From positions 64,001-128,000 of the forward strand of contig CAVUWA010000011.1 in the NCBI GenBank assembly GCA_963744995.1: 64,000 nt of DNA, read 5' to 3'. This document shows, piece by piece, positions 18,971 through 29,600 of the stretch. Position 1 is the first letter of the stretch. Each line of letters begins with the position of its first letter. A model generated the notes under the pieces. That model ran no database searches, was not told the DNA's origin, and saw nothing but the letters and a program-made list of their open reading frames with translations. Source of the stretch: Candidatus Eiseniibacteriota bacterium (GTDB taxonomy: Bacteria > Eisenbacteria > RBG-16-71-46). The position numbers and the translations under genes were made by a program.

Positions 18971-20731
18971 ATGGCCCGCCGCCCCCGCGTCACCGCCACG
19001 CGCGCCCTGCGCGAACTCGAACGCCTGCGCGACCGCTTCGGCGCAGACGCCGCGCGCGCGAAGCTCGAATGCATGCGCGTGCTCGGCCGGGCGCGCCTCG
19101 CGCGTGCCGCGGAAATCCTGCGGCTCCACGAGGCGCTGACCTTCGTGCTCGCCTACCCGGACGGACCCGGTGTGCGGCGCGCCGCGGCGCGCGCGCTCGC
19201 CGGTTTCGCGGGGCGCCGCGACCTCGGCGCGCATCGCGACGCGCTCGCCGACTCCGGGATCGCCGGCACCGACATCTGGTTCCGCTTCTTCGAGCCCACC
19301 GCCCGGTGGCTCGCCGAGCGCTGGCCCGCGCACCTCGAGATCGACTGGGAGAACTTCGATCACGCCGACCGGCTCGCGACGTTCCTGCCCGTGCTCGCGC
19401 ATCCGGCCGAACAGCCGGCGCTGGACGAGCTGGACTGGAGCGGGCGGGCGTGGCTCGGGGCCATGAAGTCACCGCGCGAGACCGACGCCGCGTTCCTGGT
19501 GCGCCGCTTCGCCGCAACGCAGCATGACCCGCTGCTGCGCGAGCGCCTGTGGGACGAGCTCGACGTGCCGCTGTGGGTGCGGGCGCGGCCGGCCGGGAAG
19601 CGCCGGGTGCGGCGCACGACGGCGGCGACCGGGCCCGCGCGCACGAACGCGCTCGATGCGCGCGCGCAGGTGACGTTCCGGACGGGCCCGCTCCACCGCG
19701 CCCGGCCGGACCTGGCGCAGGCGCTCGCCGCGCGCCCGGCCGTGCGCGCCGTGCCGCCGCGCGACGGGCGGCGCTACATCGACCTTGCGCGCGTCGCGAT
19801 GATCACCCGGGCCCGTGATCTCGACGCGTTCTCGTGGGCCGATCCGCGCGACGTGCGCCTGGTGGACTTCGGCGACGGTCTCACCTTTGCCTGCGTGGGC
19901 CAGGTCCCGGAGCGCCGGCTGATGTTCGAATCGGTCTACGGCTACCTGACGTTCATGAACGGCGTGCCGACCGGCTACGTGCTGACCGCGTGCCTGTTCG
20001 GCTCCGCCGAGATCGCCTACAACGTGTTCGAGACGTTCCGCGGCGCCGAGGCGGCGCCCGTCTACGGCCGCGTGCTGGCGATGACGCGCCACCTGTTCGG
20101 CGCCGATACGTTCATGGTGCCCCCCTACCAGCTCGGCGACGGCAACGACGAAGCGCAGCGCTCGGGGGCGTGGTGGTTCTACCAGAAGCTGGGCTTCCGC
20201 CCGCGCGACGCGGCGACGCGCCGGCTGATGGGCCGCGAGCTGGCGCGCATGAAGCGCAACCCGCGGCATCGCTCGTCGATCGCCACGCTGGCGAAGCTCG
20301 CGGAGGCGCCGGTCTACTGGAGCGCAGGCCCGGGGCGCCCCGCCGTCATGGGCCGCCTGCCGCTCGGCGCCCTGGGGCTCGCGGCGACGCGGTTGCTGGC
20401 GAAGCGGTTCGGCTCGGCGCGCGAGGAGGGCGCAGCGGCCCTGGTCGACGAAGCCGCGCGCCGCACCGGCCTGCGCTCGATGCGCGGCTGGAGCCGCGCG
20501 GAACGCGCCGCATGGGAGCGCTGGGCGCCGATCGTGGTGCAGCTGCCGGGGCTTGCGCGCTGGAGTTCCGCCGAACGGCGCGCACTCGTGCGGGTCGTGA
20601 AGGCCAAGGGCGGGCGCCGCGAATCCGACTTCGTGCGCGCGTTCGACGCACATCCGAAGCTCGGCAGAGCGCTGCTGCGTCTCGCGCGGCACGGTCGCGG
20701 CGGACCGGGCCCGTCGCGCCCGTTCAGATGA
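18971..20731 (+). CDS. Hypothetical protein with a GNAT-like motif (SGAWWFYQKLGF)
   Basis: Globular-looking 586-aa ORF in host-like codon usage, with -10 TATCCT just upstream. Confidence 0.7.
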   Translation: MARRPRVTATRALRELERLRDRFGADAARAKLECMRVLGRARLARAAEILRLHEALTFVLAYPDGPGVRRAAARALAGFAGRRDLGAHRDALADSGIAGTDIWFRFFEPTARWLAERWPAHLEIDWENFDHADRLATFLPVLAHPAEQPALDELDWSGRAWLGAMKSPRETDAAFLVRRFAATQHDPLLRERLWDELDVPLWVRARPAGKRRVRRTTAATGPARTNALDARAQVTFRTGPLHRARPDLAQALAARPAVRAVPPRDGRRYIDLARVAMITRARDLDAFSWADPRDVRLVDFGDGLTFACVGQVPERRLMFESVYGYLTFMNGVPTGYVLTACLFGSAEIAYNVFETFRGAEAAPVYGRVLAMTRHLFGADTFMVPPYQLGDGNDEAQRSGAWWFYQKLGFRPRDAATRRLMGRELARMKRNPRHRSSIATLAKLAEAPVYWSAGPGRPAVMGRLPLGALGLAATRLLAKRFGSAREEGAAALVDEAARRTGLRSMRGWSRAERAAWERWAPIVVQLPGLARWSSAERRALVRVVKAKGGRRESDFVRAFDAHPKLGRALLRLARHGRGGPGPSRPFR

Positions 20732-21644
20732 TGCGCTTCCCCATCATGCTCATCACCAGCTCGGCGGCGAGGATCCCGGTCATGTTCTGCGTGTCGAGCA
20801 CCGGGTTCACTTCGACGACGTCGATCGCCACGAGATTCGCGCGCTCGTTGACCAGCTCCATCGCGAGGTGGGCTTCGCGATAGGTGATGCCGCCCCAGAC
20901 CGGCGTGCCGGTGCCGGGCGCGTCTTCGGGATCCACGACGTCGAGATCGAACGACATGTGAATGCCGCTGGTGCCGTCGCTCGCGACCGCGACCGCCTCG
21001 TCCACGACGTCACGCATGCCGCGCTCGTCGATGTCGCGCATCGTGTAGACCCTCGCTCCGCATTCCTTGAGCGTCTGCCGCTCGCCGGGATCCACGTCGC
21101 GCACGCCGATGAGCGCGGTGTTGCGTGCGAGCACCTTGGGACTGCGCGCACCGATGCCGACCAGGTCCGGGTCGCCGAGGCCGAGGTTCACCGCGAGCGA
21201 CATGCCGTGGATGTTCCCGGACGGCGTGCTCTCGGGCGTGTTGGCGTCGCCGTGCGCGTCGAACCAGATCAGTCCGAGCTTCTGCTCCTGCTTCGCGAAG
21301 TAGCCGGTGGAGCCGGCCACCGAGCCGATCGCGATGCTGTGATCACCCCCGAGCACCAGCGGCAGCCGGCCGGCGGCGAGGCTCTTCTCGACCCGCTGGG
21401 CGAGGTCCTCGCAGGTGGCGAGAATGGTGTTCTTGTAGCGCAGTTTGCCGGCGCCGACCTTCTGCGTCTCGGGGATCATCACGTCGAGATCGCCGGCATC
21501 GCTCACCCGGTGGCCGAGATGCTCGAGCCGCTGCTCGAGGTCGGCGATGCGGATGGCCGACGGCCCCATGTCGACGCCGCGCCGGCCCGCGCCGAGGTCG
21601 ATGGGAACGCCGATGATCTCGATGTGCCGCTTGTCGTAGGTCAT
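20724..21644 (-). CDS. rocF: Arginase
   Basis: GGDHS, DAHGD, SGNIHGM, SFDLDVVDP and EVNP motifs. Confidence 0.93.
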   Translation of the reverse strand: MTYDKRHIEIIGVPIDLGAGRRGVDMGPSAIRIADLEQRLEHLGHRVSDAGDLDVMIPETQKVGAGKLRYKNTILATCEDLAQRVEKSLAAGRLPLVLGGDHSIAIGSVAGSTGYFAKQEQKLGLIWFDAHGDANTPESTPSGNIHGMSLAVNLGLGDPDLVGIGARSPKVLARNTALIGVRDVDPGERQTLKECGARVYTMRDIDERGMRDVVDEAVAVASDGTSGIHMSFDLDVVDPEDAPGTGTPVWGGITYREAHLAMELVNERANLVAIDVVEVNPVLDTQNMTGILAAELVMSMMGKRII

Positions 21645-21790
21645 GAGGCGGGGAGTCTACAGGGCCCGTAGCTCGGCGGGCAATCCGTTCGCGGACAGGC
21701 GATTCCACCGCCGGACGGGTCGCCGTTACCCGCGCCGCCTGAGCGGGGCTCCGTTTGGACATCGCCGGCCGTTGGGGCAAGCTTCCCGCC

Positions 21791-22489
21791 ATGCACTCGA
21801 AGTCCATGCTGCTCGCCGCCGCCTGCGGTCTGTTCCTCGTTGCGGCCCCGCTCGCGCCGGGCGCGCCCCGCGATCCGCTGCGCGACACCCTGCCGCCGCA
21901 GCCGCCGCGATTCGCGCCACCGAAGAAGGGCGTGCTGTTCGCGGACGATTTCAGCGCGGACACGCTGGCCGGATGGACGACCGACCGCCCCGAGGTCTGG
22001 TCGCTGACCCACGGCGTGCTGCGCGGCGACCTGCCGGATCGCAAGCAGGAGCGCTCGCTGATCCGCACCGGCTCGACCGACTGGACCGACTACGCCGTGG
22101 ATCTCGACGTCTGCCTCATGCGCGGCGTGGACAAGGGCGTGGTCGTGCGCCTCGACGGCAGCGACGGCGTCGGCGTGGACATGCGCGGGCCGGGCTATCA
22201 GGACGTTCTGCTGCTGCAGGGATTCCGTCAGCTCGGCCGCGCGTCGTGCGTCAACGACAATGCGCGCTGGCATCATCTGCGCGTCGAGGCGCGTGGTCAC
22301 ACCTATCGCGTGTTCGTCGACGGGAAGAAGCTGCTCCAGGCGCGGGACTCGCGCGCATCGAGCCCGGCCGGCGGGATCGCGCTGCCCGCGTACACGGGCG
22401 GCGCCGGCCAGTGCACGGTGTACTACGACAACGTGATCGTGACCTCGCTCACGCGAGCCCGCGCGTCCGGCAAGGAGGATGGGCCATGA
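21791..22489 (+). CDS. Secreted DUF1080 / ConA-like beta-sandwich protein
   Basis: Signal peptide, LFADDF, W.DY, WHHLRVEA.G...VFVDG, GGIAL and YYDNV. Confidence 0.7.
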   Translation: MHSKSMLLAAACGLFLVAAPLAPGAPRDPLRDTLPPQPPRFAPPKKGVLFADDFSADTLAGWTTDRPEVWSLTHGVLRGDLPDRKQERSLIRTGSTDWTDYAVDLDVCLMRGVDKGVVVRLDGSDGVGVDMRGPGYQDVLLLQGFRQLGRASCVNDNARWHHLRVEARGHTYRVFVDGKKLLQARDSRASSPAGGIALPAYTGGAGQCTVYYDNVIVTSLTRARASGKEDGP

Positions 22490-22609
22490 ACGAAGCACCG
22501 GCCGCGGACGGTTCCCGCCCTCGCCGCGTGGTGAACCGCGAACGTCCGTCCGGGCGTTCGTGAGCCGCATCCGTGCGTGATCCCGCCCGGGCCGCGCGAT
22601 TCGACGTGG

Positions 22610-23893
22610 ATGTCCGCGCCTTCGCCTGAACCCACGGCCGGGGCCGGCCGCACGGGCGCCGGCGGGCGCGACGCCGGCCCGCCGCCCGCGGCCCCGCCGC
22701 ACCGCCGCATTCCGGCCGTGCTGTCGCCGTGGCTCCAGGGCCTCGCGCTCGTGCTGATCGGTCTCTACCTCGTCGCGTTCTACGCCGGCAACGTGCACCT
22801 GCAGTGGGACCTGGCCACGTACCTCGCCGCGGCGCGCACCGCGCTCGCCGGAGCAAATCCCTACGATCCCGTGCAGGTCGCGGCGGTCGCCGGTCACCCG
22901 ATCGCGTTTCCGTTCGTGTATCCGCCGATCGCGCTGCTGCCGTTCCTGGCGCTGGCCGTCCTCCCGGCGCCGGCGGTCCTGTGGCTCGCGCTCAAGCTCG
23001 CGCTGATCGCGGGCCTGGTCCTGCTCTGGCGCTTTGCGTTCCTGCCGCGTACGGGGTGGCTGCCGCTCGCCGCGATCGCGCTGTTCGGCTGGAACGGGGC
23101 GGCGCTCTGGGACCTGCGCGCCGGCAATGTCGCCACGCTGGAGACGGCGTTGCTGTGGAGCGCCTTCGCGTGCTTCGCCACGGAACGCCGCACCGCGTTC
23201 GCCGCGCTCGTGGTGGCGGCCGCTTGCTTCAAGCTGCTGCCCGCCGCGTTCCTGCTGCTGCTGCTGGTGCCGGTCGGGCTGCGCGGCGCCGAACCACGGC
23301 GCCTCGGGTTCGCGCTGGTCCTCCTCGGGCTGCTCGTGCTCGGCGCGTACGCGACCGGGCCGGCCCGCACCTGGGGCGGTTTTCTCGCGCGCGTGCCGGC
23401 GGCCACGATTGCGGGCGAGGCGAATCCCGGTGCGCTGTCGGCGTTCGCGACGGCGGCGACTCTGGCGGGTCGCCATGCCGTGGAGGCCGCGCGGCTCGCC
23501 TGGATCGGCTACGCCGTCTACGCGCTGGCCCTGCTCGCCGCGAGCGCGCCGCATCTCGCCCGCATCTGGCGGACGCGCCGCGCCGCGGACTGGGTGATGA
23601 GCGCCGCGTTCCTCTACGTGCTGCTGTCGCCGCGGCCGATGGCGTACGGCTTCATGCTGCTCGCGCCGGCGCCGCTCTACTTCCGCCCGCGGCCGTTCGA
23701 CGGCGCCGCGGGCCCGCTGCTGCTGGTGCTGGTGCTGTGCGCGCAGGGCTTCATGCGGATCGCGCGCGTGCCGGCGCAATCCTACGTCGCCGTGTACTCG
23801 CCGCTGCTGCTCACGCTCGCGCTCTGGCTGCTGATCGTCTCGGGACGCGAACCCTCGGGCCGCGCCGCCCCCAGCGTACCCGCGCCGGCCTGA
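22610..23893 (+). CDS. GT87 (DUF2029) membrane glycosyltransferase
   Basis: WDL..Y.AA...G.NPY, FVYPP, GN and FKLLP motifs; polytopic membrane protein. Confidence 0.8.
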   Translation: MSAPSPEPTAGAGRTGAGGRDAGPPPAAPPHRRIPAVLSPWLQGLALVLIGLYLVAFYAGNVHLQWDLATYLAAARTALAGANPYDPVQVAAVAGHPIAFPFVYPPIALLPFLALAVLPAPAVLWLALKLALIAGLVLLWRFAFLPRTGWLPLAAIALFGWNGAALWDLRAGNVATLETALLWSAFACFATERRTAFAALVVAAACFKLLPAAFLLLLLVPVGLRGAEPRRLGFALVLLGLLVLGAYATGPARTWGGFLARVPAATIAGEANPGALSAFATAATLAGRHAVEAARLAWIGYAVYALALLAASAPHLARIWRTRRAADWVMSAAFLYVLLSPRPMAYGFMLLAPAPLYFRPRPFDGAAGPLLLVLVLCAQGFMRIARVPAQSYVAVYSPLLLTLALWLLIVSGREPSGRAAPSVPAPA

Positions 23894-23905
23894 GGCGCCG
23901 CGCGC

Positions 23906-26281
23906 TCAGCCGGTCGCGGCGCCCGCGCGGCGGCCACCCAGCAGCCGGAGGCCGTTGAGAATGACGACCACCGTGCTGCCTTCGTGGCCGGACACCGCCA
24001 CGGGCAGCTTGAGCGCGCCGACCGGCGTGTGCTGGCCGAGGAACACCCAGATCACCAGCAACAGCATGACGCCGGCCGCGATGGTCACGTTCTGCACCAC
24101 CACCCGTCGTGCGCGCTGGCTCAGCCGGAGCGCGTACGGCAGCGCTTCGATGTCGTCACCCATCAGCACGACGTCGGCGCTCTCCATGGCCGCGTCGCTG
24201 CCGATTCCGCCCATGGCGATGCCCACCGTGGCGCGCGCCAGCGCCGGCGCGTCGTTCACGCCATCGCCGACCATCGCCACGCTGCCGTGGCGCTGCTCGA
24301 GCTCGCCGATCACGCGCACCTTGTCCTCGGGCAGCAGCCCGCCATGATGGTCGTCGACGCCGGCACGCCGCGCGATCGCTTCGACGGTCTTCACGCTGTC
24401 GCCGCTCAGCAGCGAGATGCTCTTCACGTTCAACGCGCGCAGTTCGCGCACCACGTGCGCCGCTGCAGGGCGTACCTGGTCGGCGGCCGCGATCACGCCC
24501 CAGCGCCCGTTGCGATGCACGAGCATGGCCGTCTTCGCATCGGCGCGGAATGCCGCAACGCGTGCCAGCGCCGCCTCGGGCACCGGCATCCCCAGATGCG
24601 CGAACAGGTCCGGCGTGCCGATCTCGACCGAGATGCCGTCCACCCGCGCCACCAGTCCCTTGCCCAGGTGCGAGGTCAGCGCCTGCGCCGCTTCGGGCCG
24701 GATGTCCCGCGCCTCGGCGGCGCGCACCACCGCGCGCGCGAGCGGATGGTGCGAACGCCGCTCGGCCGCGGAGGCCCAGGCCAGCAGCTCCGCCTCCGTC
24801 GCACCGTCCAGCGCCGCGACATCGGTGACCTCGAAGCGTCCCTGGGTGAGCGTGCCGGTCTTGTCGAACGCCACCGAGCGCACGCGACCGAGCGCCTCGA
24901 TGTAGCGACCGCCCTTGAACAGGATGCCGTGCCGCGCCGCATTGGAGATCGCGGACAGGATCGTCGCCGGAGTCGCGATGACCAGCGCGCACGGCGAGGC
25001 GACCACCAGCAGGGTCATGGCGCGGTAGAACGACGGAGCGAATGCGTGCCCCAGCAGGAAGGGCGGGATCACGATCATCAGTCCCGCTGCGATCATCACC
25101 CCGACCGTGTAATAACGCCCGACCCAGTCGGCGATCTCCTCGGTCTGCGACTTCTGCTCCTGCGCTTCCTCGACGAGCTGCACGATGCGCGCGAGCGTCG
25201 TGTCGCCCGCCGCGCGCGTCGTGCGCGCCTCGATCGCACCCTGCTGGTTGATCGTGCCGGCGAAGACGGTGTCCCCCTCGGCCTTGGCGACCGGCACCGA
25301 CTCGCCGGTGAGGCTGCTCTGGTCCACCAGCGACTCACCGGTGACGACCACGCCGTCCACCGGAATCGCCTCGCCGGGCTTCACGATCACCCGCTCGCCG
25401 ACGATCACGGCTTCGGCCTCGACTTCGATCTCGCGACCATCGCGCCGCACCAGCGCCCGCGCCGGGCGCAGTTTGAGCAGTGCGTGCAGTGCGCGCCGCG
25501 TGCGGCCCATCGTATAGACCTCGAGCGTATTGCTGAGCGAGAACAGGAACATCAGCACGGCGGCTTCGAACACGTAGCCGATGATCCCCGCGCCGATCGC
25601 GGCGAGGATCATCAGCAGGTTGACGTCGAAGCGGAGCTTCGCGAGCGCTTTCAGCGTCGAGCGCAGCGCGAAGAACCCGCCGCACAGCGCCGAGGCGATG
25701 AACGCCGCGTGGTGCCATGCGAGGGGCAGCGAGGTGCGCTCGAGCACCATGCCCACGACCAGCAGGAGCAGACAGGTGCCGGTGAGCAGTGCCATCGCCG
25801 CGCCCTTCGAGAGCTGGGCCTGCTCCGCGGGACTCATGCGTGCCCCCCATGGCTTGCTGGTGGACAGCGGCCGCACGAGCTGGGCGCTTCCGGGCGACGG
25901 CGTGCGGCGCATCACGCCGACGCGACCGGGCGAGACGATGACTTGGAAAGCCTGGTCCGCCGGGCCCGTCAGGTGACCGAGCCTGAGCGCGCACTCTTCG
26001 CACGCGCCGAGCGCCTCGCGCCGTTCGCAGTGCGTCACCCGCTGCGAGAACAGCGCCCCCACCTCGTCGGCGAGCGCGTTCAACTGGTCGGGATCGACGT
26101 GCGTCGGCAGGTAACGGACCGTGAGCGTGCTGTCGTCGAAGTTCGCCTCCACCGCGACGATGCCGGGGCTGTGCCGCAGCCGCTCGGAAATGATCTCGAG
26201 ACACGCCGCTTCGTTGGGATCGAAGGGCGGATGCAGGGCGTCGCCGGTGGCGCCGGAAAGAGGCCGCTCGGGTACCGTCAT
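23906..26281 (-). CDS. Heavy-metal P-type ATPase, P1B-4 subclass
   Basis: TGES, SPC (VASPCALV), DKTGTLT, HP, GDGVNDAP and HEGST motifs. Confidence 0.92.
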   Translation of the reverse strand: MTVPERPLSGATGDALHPPFDPNEAACLEIISERLRHSPGIVAVEANFDDSTLTVRYLPTHVDPDQLNALADEVGALFSQRVTHCERREALGACEECALRLGHLTGPADQAFQVIVSPGRVGVMRRTPSPGSAQLVRPLSTSKPWGARMSPAEQAQLSKGAAMALLTGTCLLLLVVGMVLERTSLPLAWHHAAFIASALCGGFFALRSTLKALAKLRFDVNLLMILAAIGAGIIGYVFEAAVLMFLFSLSNTLEVYTMGRTRRALHALLKLRPARALVRRDGREIEVEAEAVIVGERVIVKPGEAIPVDGVVVTGESLVDQSSLTGESVPVAKAEGDTVFAGTINQQGAIEARTTRAAGDTTLARIVQLVEEAQEQKSQTEEIADWVGRYYTVGVMIAAGLMIVIPPFLLGHAFAPSFYRAMTLLVVASPCALVIATPATILSAISNAARHGILFKGGRYIEALGRVRSVAFDKTGTLTQGRFEVTDVAALDGATEAELLAWASAAERRSHHPLARAVVRAAEARDIRPEAAQALTSHLGKGLVARVDGISVEIGTPDLFAHLGMPVPEAALARVAAFRADAKTAMLVHRNGRWGVIAAADQVRPAAAHVVRELRALNVKSISLLSGDSVKTVEAIARRAGVDDHHGGLLPEDKVRVIGELEQRHGSVAMVGDGVNDAPALARATVGIAMGGIGSDAAMESADVVLMGDDIEALPYALRLSQRARRVVVQNVTIAAGVMLLLVIWVFLGQHTPVGALKLPVAVSGHEGSTVVVILNGLRLLGGRRAGAATG

Positions 26282-26429
26282 GGTGACGAACCTAGCGGCA
26301 GGCGTTCGCCCGCCGCAACCGGGGGCGCCGCGTGGGGCGCGGCGCTGAAGGCGCGAGCGGCGCCGGCGGCCGGGACGTCCACGCCCGCGCGCGGCGGGTG
26401 CCGCACCCGAAGTCGGTCCCCGTAACCGC

Positions 26430-26463
26430 GAGCGGCGCCGGGGTTCCGCCCCGGCGCCGGCTC
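26430..26463. terminator. GC-rich hairpin downstream of the propeller-cytochrome gene
   Basis: GGCGCCGGGG-TTCCG-CCCCGGCGCC perfect 10-bp stem; no clear U-tract. Confidence 0.4.
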
Positions 26464-26489
26464 ACGAACTCCGTTGCGCGCCGGCCCGT

Positions 26490-29351
26490 TCAGCGCAGGC
26501 GGACGATCGTTCTGTTCCAGGTCTGCTGCGGCGTCTTCACGCGGATGAAGTAGACACCGGGACCCAGTGCGCGACCGGCGGTCGAGCGGCCGTCCCAGCG
26601 CAGGGACTGCCGGCCGGCTTCGAACGTGCGGCGCTCGGCGAGCCGCGCGACTTCGCGGCCGAGGATGTCGAACACCGTCGCGTCCACGACGCCGCGCGTC
26701 GGCATCGCGAAGCGGATCTCGGTGTTTTCGCGGAACGGATTCGGCCCGATGCTGAACGACGCGCGGCCCGTACCCCCGTCGCCTGCGTCGGCGATCGTCG
26801 GTGTCGAAGCCGGATCGGCCGGGTCGCTGCCGAGATCCAGCTCGTCGCGATCCAAATACAGGTCGCGATCGCGGTCGACCCCCATGCGCGTTCCCGACAT
26901 GGTCGGCACGCCGGTGAAGGTGATCTCGCCGCCGGGCACCGCGAGCGAACGCAAGGCCGCGGTCGTCAGTTTCTGCTCGACGGTGCGATCCGGACGCCAG
27001 AGATCGCCGCCGACGTATTCGTAGCCGCGCGCCTCCCCGTTGACCCTCCCCTTCGCGATCACCGCGCAATCGCCGAGGTCCGCCTGCTGAATCAACGAGT
27101 CGAGCGTGGACACCGGCCCCGGAGCGTTGTCGTTGGTGCCATCGAAAGTGATCTGCCGTCCGACCGCGGGCGACATGCCGGTGTCGAACGCGAGCAGGTA
27201 CGCGACGAGATCGGCGCGGTTGGAGTCGGCCTGGGCCTGCGTCGCTCCCAGTGTGAAGCCGGGCTTGCTCAGGAACGTGTCGAGGTTGTCCGTCGCACCG
27301 TCGTGCCCGTAGCCGAACCCGCGCTTGTTGAAGTTTCCGGTCGAGTCCTTGAAGCCGGTCTTCGTGTACAGGTTGCGCAGTTGCGGCACCTTGAGGTCCT
27401 GGGACTGGTACGCCGGATTGTGCAGGATCGAGTCGGCGGGGATGATCGCGCCGTTGGTGCCCGGGCCGAAGTTGGTTGCGGTGTGGCAGTCGTTGCACGT
27501 TTCGCCACCCAGGCCCACGGGGAGCGTCTGGAACAGCACCGCACCGCGTGCCGCGCTGGGCTGGCCGGGGGGCGCGTCGGGATAGGTGCGATCGAGGTTC
27601 TCGTTCGGATTCGGCGGGTACACGAGCGCCGAGGTGAAGTCGTCGAACGCGCTCATCTGGCTGTCCGGCAGGGTGGCGCCGTGGCCCATGAGCGTCACGT
27701 ATGCGCCGTTGAACGACATGAAGCTGTTGCGGTCGCCGCGCCAGTGCAGCTTGCCGGTGTTGCTGTGGCCACGCAGGGACTGCGTCATCATCGGGCCCTT
27801 TTCGGGATCGTAGCCGTGCAGCGGCGGCGTGCCGTTCGCGAACGCGGCAGTGGGATCGCCGAGATTCCACGCCATGTTGTCGGTGTCGCCGAAGATGTGG
27901 CAGCTCCCGCACGCCTGTTCGCCGTGCCCGGTCGTGAAGCCGCCGTACATGAAGCGCCGCCCGTTGACGATCGCATCCGGCGTCGGATCGAAGCCGACGT
28001 TCTGCACGTCGATCGACGCGAACGTGGACAGGTTCAGGGTCTGGAGCTGGTTGCGGAACCGCCCCACGACGAACAGCCGGTTGCCGGTTCGATCGACCAC
28101 CATTCCGGTCGGCCCCTCTACGGTCGGGATGCGGCCCTTGATCATCGAGAGCGCGCCGGTCGCGTTCGGATTCAGCACTCCGATCTTGTTCGTGGCGAGC
28201 GAGCTCACGTAGAAGCGCAGCGAATCGCCGGCGACGTTCGCATCGGCCGCGAGCCCGGTCGTGATGCCGAGCGCCGAGTCGCGCTCCGCCTGCGTGCCGA
28301 CCGGGCTCGTGAAGTACGTCGTGACCTGCGGGTTCAGCACGCGCAGCGTCTTCGTGCCGGTCGTGCTCACGAAATACATGTTGGTCTCGAACAGATACCC
28401 GTTGAGGCGCGGCTCGTAGCGCTGTTCGTCGCGGGCCAGCGTCGAGGCGAGCGCGAGCTTGCCGTCCGACGGGTTCACCGCGATCGCGTAGTTCTGGCTG
28501 CCGAGGTCGCCATAGGCGTCGGTCACCGTGTTGCTCGAGGTCCCGATCACCGCGACGTCCTGCTCGTAGAACTTGTACTTGGCGTGCTGGGTCCAGACGT
28601 TGCCCCACATGTCGTAGAAGTTCTGATCGAAGCTCGCCTGCAGCACGATCAGACCGACGTGCGGCGGCGTGGGCAGTCCGGCGTTGCGCGGGTACTCGAT
28701 GTCGCCACCGGTGCCGAAGCCGATGCCGGAGGGCATGGAGTCCGCGGCGACCTTTTCGGGACCGAGCACGGTGGAACGGTTGCCGGCGTCGAAGATCGCG
28801 ACGTAGACCTTGCTGCCGTCCGCGCTCTTCGCCAGGGTGCGCGGTCGGTGGCCGCTGATCGGAATCGTGGCGACCTGCGCGAGCGTGCTCGAGTCGTAGA
28901 CCTTGACCACGTCTTCGCCGGCCACGCTGACGTACGCCTGCGAGCTCGTGCCGGCGAAGATCACGTCCATCGGCTCGTCGCCGGTGCGGATGGTGGCGCG
29001 CACGTTCTCGGTGCCGAGATCGACGACGGATACGTCGTCCGACAGCTGGTTCACGACCCAGGCCGTGCTGTCGTCGCGGCAGCGCACCGAGATCGGTTCC
29101 ATACCCACGGGGATCTCGGCGGTGCGCACCGGCGTGGCGCCGGTGATGTCGAAGACCGAGACGCGGTTGTCCGCCGTGTTGACGACGACCAGCCGGTTGC
29201 CGTCCGGGGTCCGGTCGATCGGGTGAACGTGGGCGCTTTCGAAGTGAACGAAGTCGGGCGCGGTAGCGGTTCGTGACGTCAGCAGGCGGGGGAAGGTCAC
29301 GAGACCAATGGCCATCACCAGTACCGCGAGACCTGGCACGATGCGTCGCAT
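26490..29351 (-). CDS. YncE/YVTN beta-propeller plus di-heme cytochrome c peroxidase-like domain plus FlgD/T9SS-like C-terminal domain
   Basis: Propeller repeats (IPVG.EP). CGSCH and CNDCH hemes, HWRGDR, LKVPQLRN, HDG. C-terminal PNPF...VFDILGREV...WDG...GVYF. Confidence 0.85.
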   Translation of the reverse strand: MRRIVPGLAVLVMAIGLVTFPRLLTSRTATAPDFVHFESAHVHPIDRTPDGNRLVVVNTADNRVSVFDITGATPVRTAEIPVGMEPISVRCRDDSTAWVVNQLSDDVSVVDLGTENVRATIRTGDEPMDVIFAGTSSQAYVSVAGEDVVKVYDSSTLAQVATIPISGHRPRTLAKSADGSKVYVAIFDAGNRSTVLGPEKVAADSMPSGIGFGTGGDIEYPRNAGLPTPPHVGLIVLQASFDQNFYDMWGNVWTQHAKYKFYEQDVAVIGTSSNTVTDAYGDLGSQNYAIAVNPSDGKLALASTLARDEQRYEPRLNGYLFETNMYFVSTTGTKTLRVLNPQVTTYFTSPVGTQAERDSALGITTGLAADANVAGDSLRFYVSSLATNKIGVLNPNATGALSMIKGRIPTVEGPTGMVVDRTGNRLFVVGRFRNQLQTLNLSTFASIDVQNVGFDPTPDAIVNGRRFMYGGFTTGHGEQACGSCHIFGDTDNMAWNLGDPTAAFANGTPPLHGYDPEKGPMMTQSLRGHSNTGKLHWRGDRNSFMSFNGAYVTLMGHGATLPDSQMSAFDDFTSALVYPPNPNENLDRTYPDAPPGQPSAARGAVLFQTLPVGLGGETCNDCHTATNFGPGTNGAIIPADSILHNPAYQSQDLKVPQLRNLYTKTGFKDSTGNFNKRGFGYGHDGATDNLDTFLSKPGFTLGATQAQADSNRADLVAYLLAFDTGMSPAVGRQITFDGTNDNAPGPVSTLDSLIQQADLGDCAVIAKGRVNGEARGYEYVGGDLWRPDRTVEQKLTTAALRSLAVPGGEITFTGVPTMSGTRMGVDRDRDLYLDRDELDLGSDPADPASTPTIADAGDGGTGRASFSIGPNPFRENTEIRFAMPTRGVVDATVFDILGREVARLAERRTFEAGRQSLRWDGRSTAGRALGPGVYFIRVKTPQQTWNRTIVRLR

Positions 29352-29600
29352 GGAGACTGTCTCCCGGCAGCGCTGAGCTGCGAGGGGTCGAGTAAGAAGG
29401 TTCAGCGCGTCAGCGAGATGCGGTCGCCAAGTCTATCATTCGCGGGCCGCCGATCGGAGCCGTATCTGCGCTCGGAGAAAGCAGATCCGGCCGAAATCCC
29501 GACGCGTGACCGGCCCGGCCGACGCCCTGACGGCTAGGCCGTTGTGCGACAGGACATTGTGGCATGGCGCATGCCGTCCCGCGGCGGCGGCCCGGCGCTC

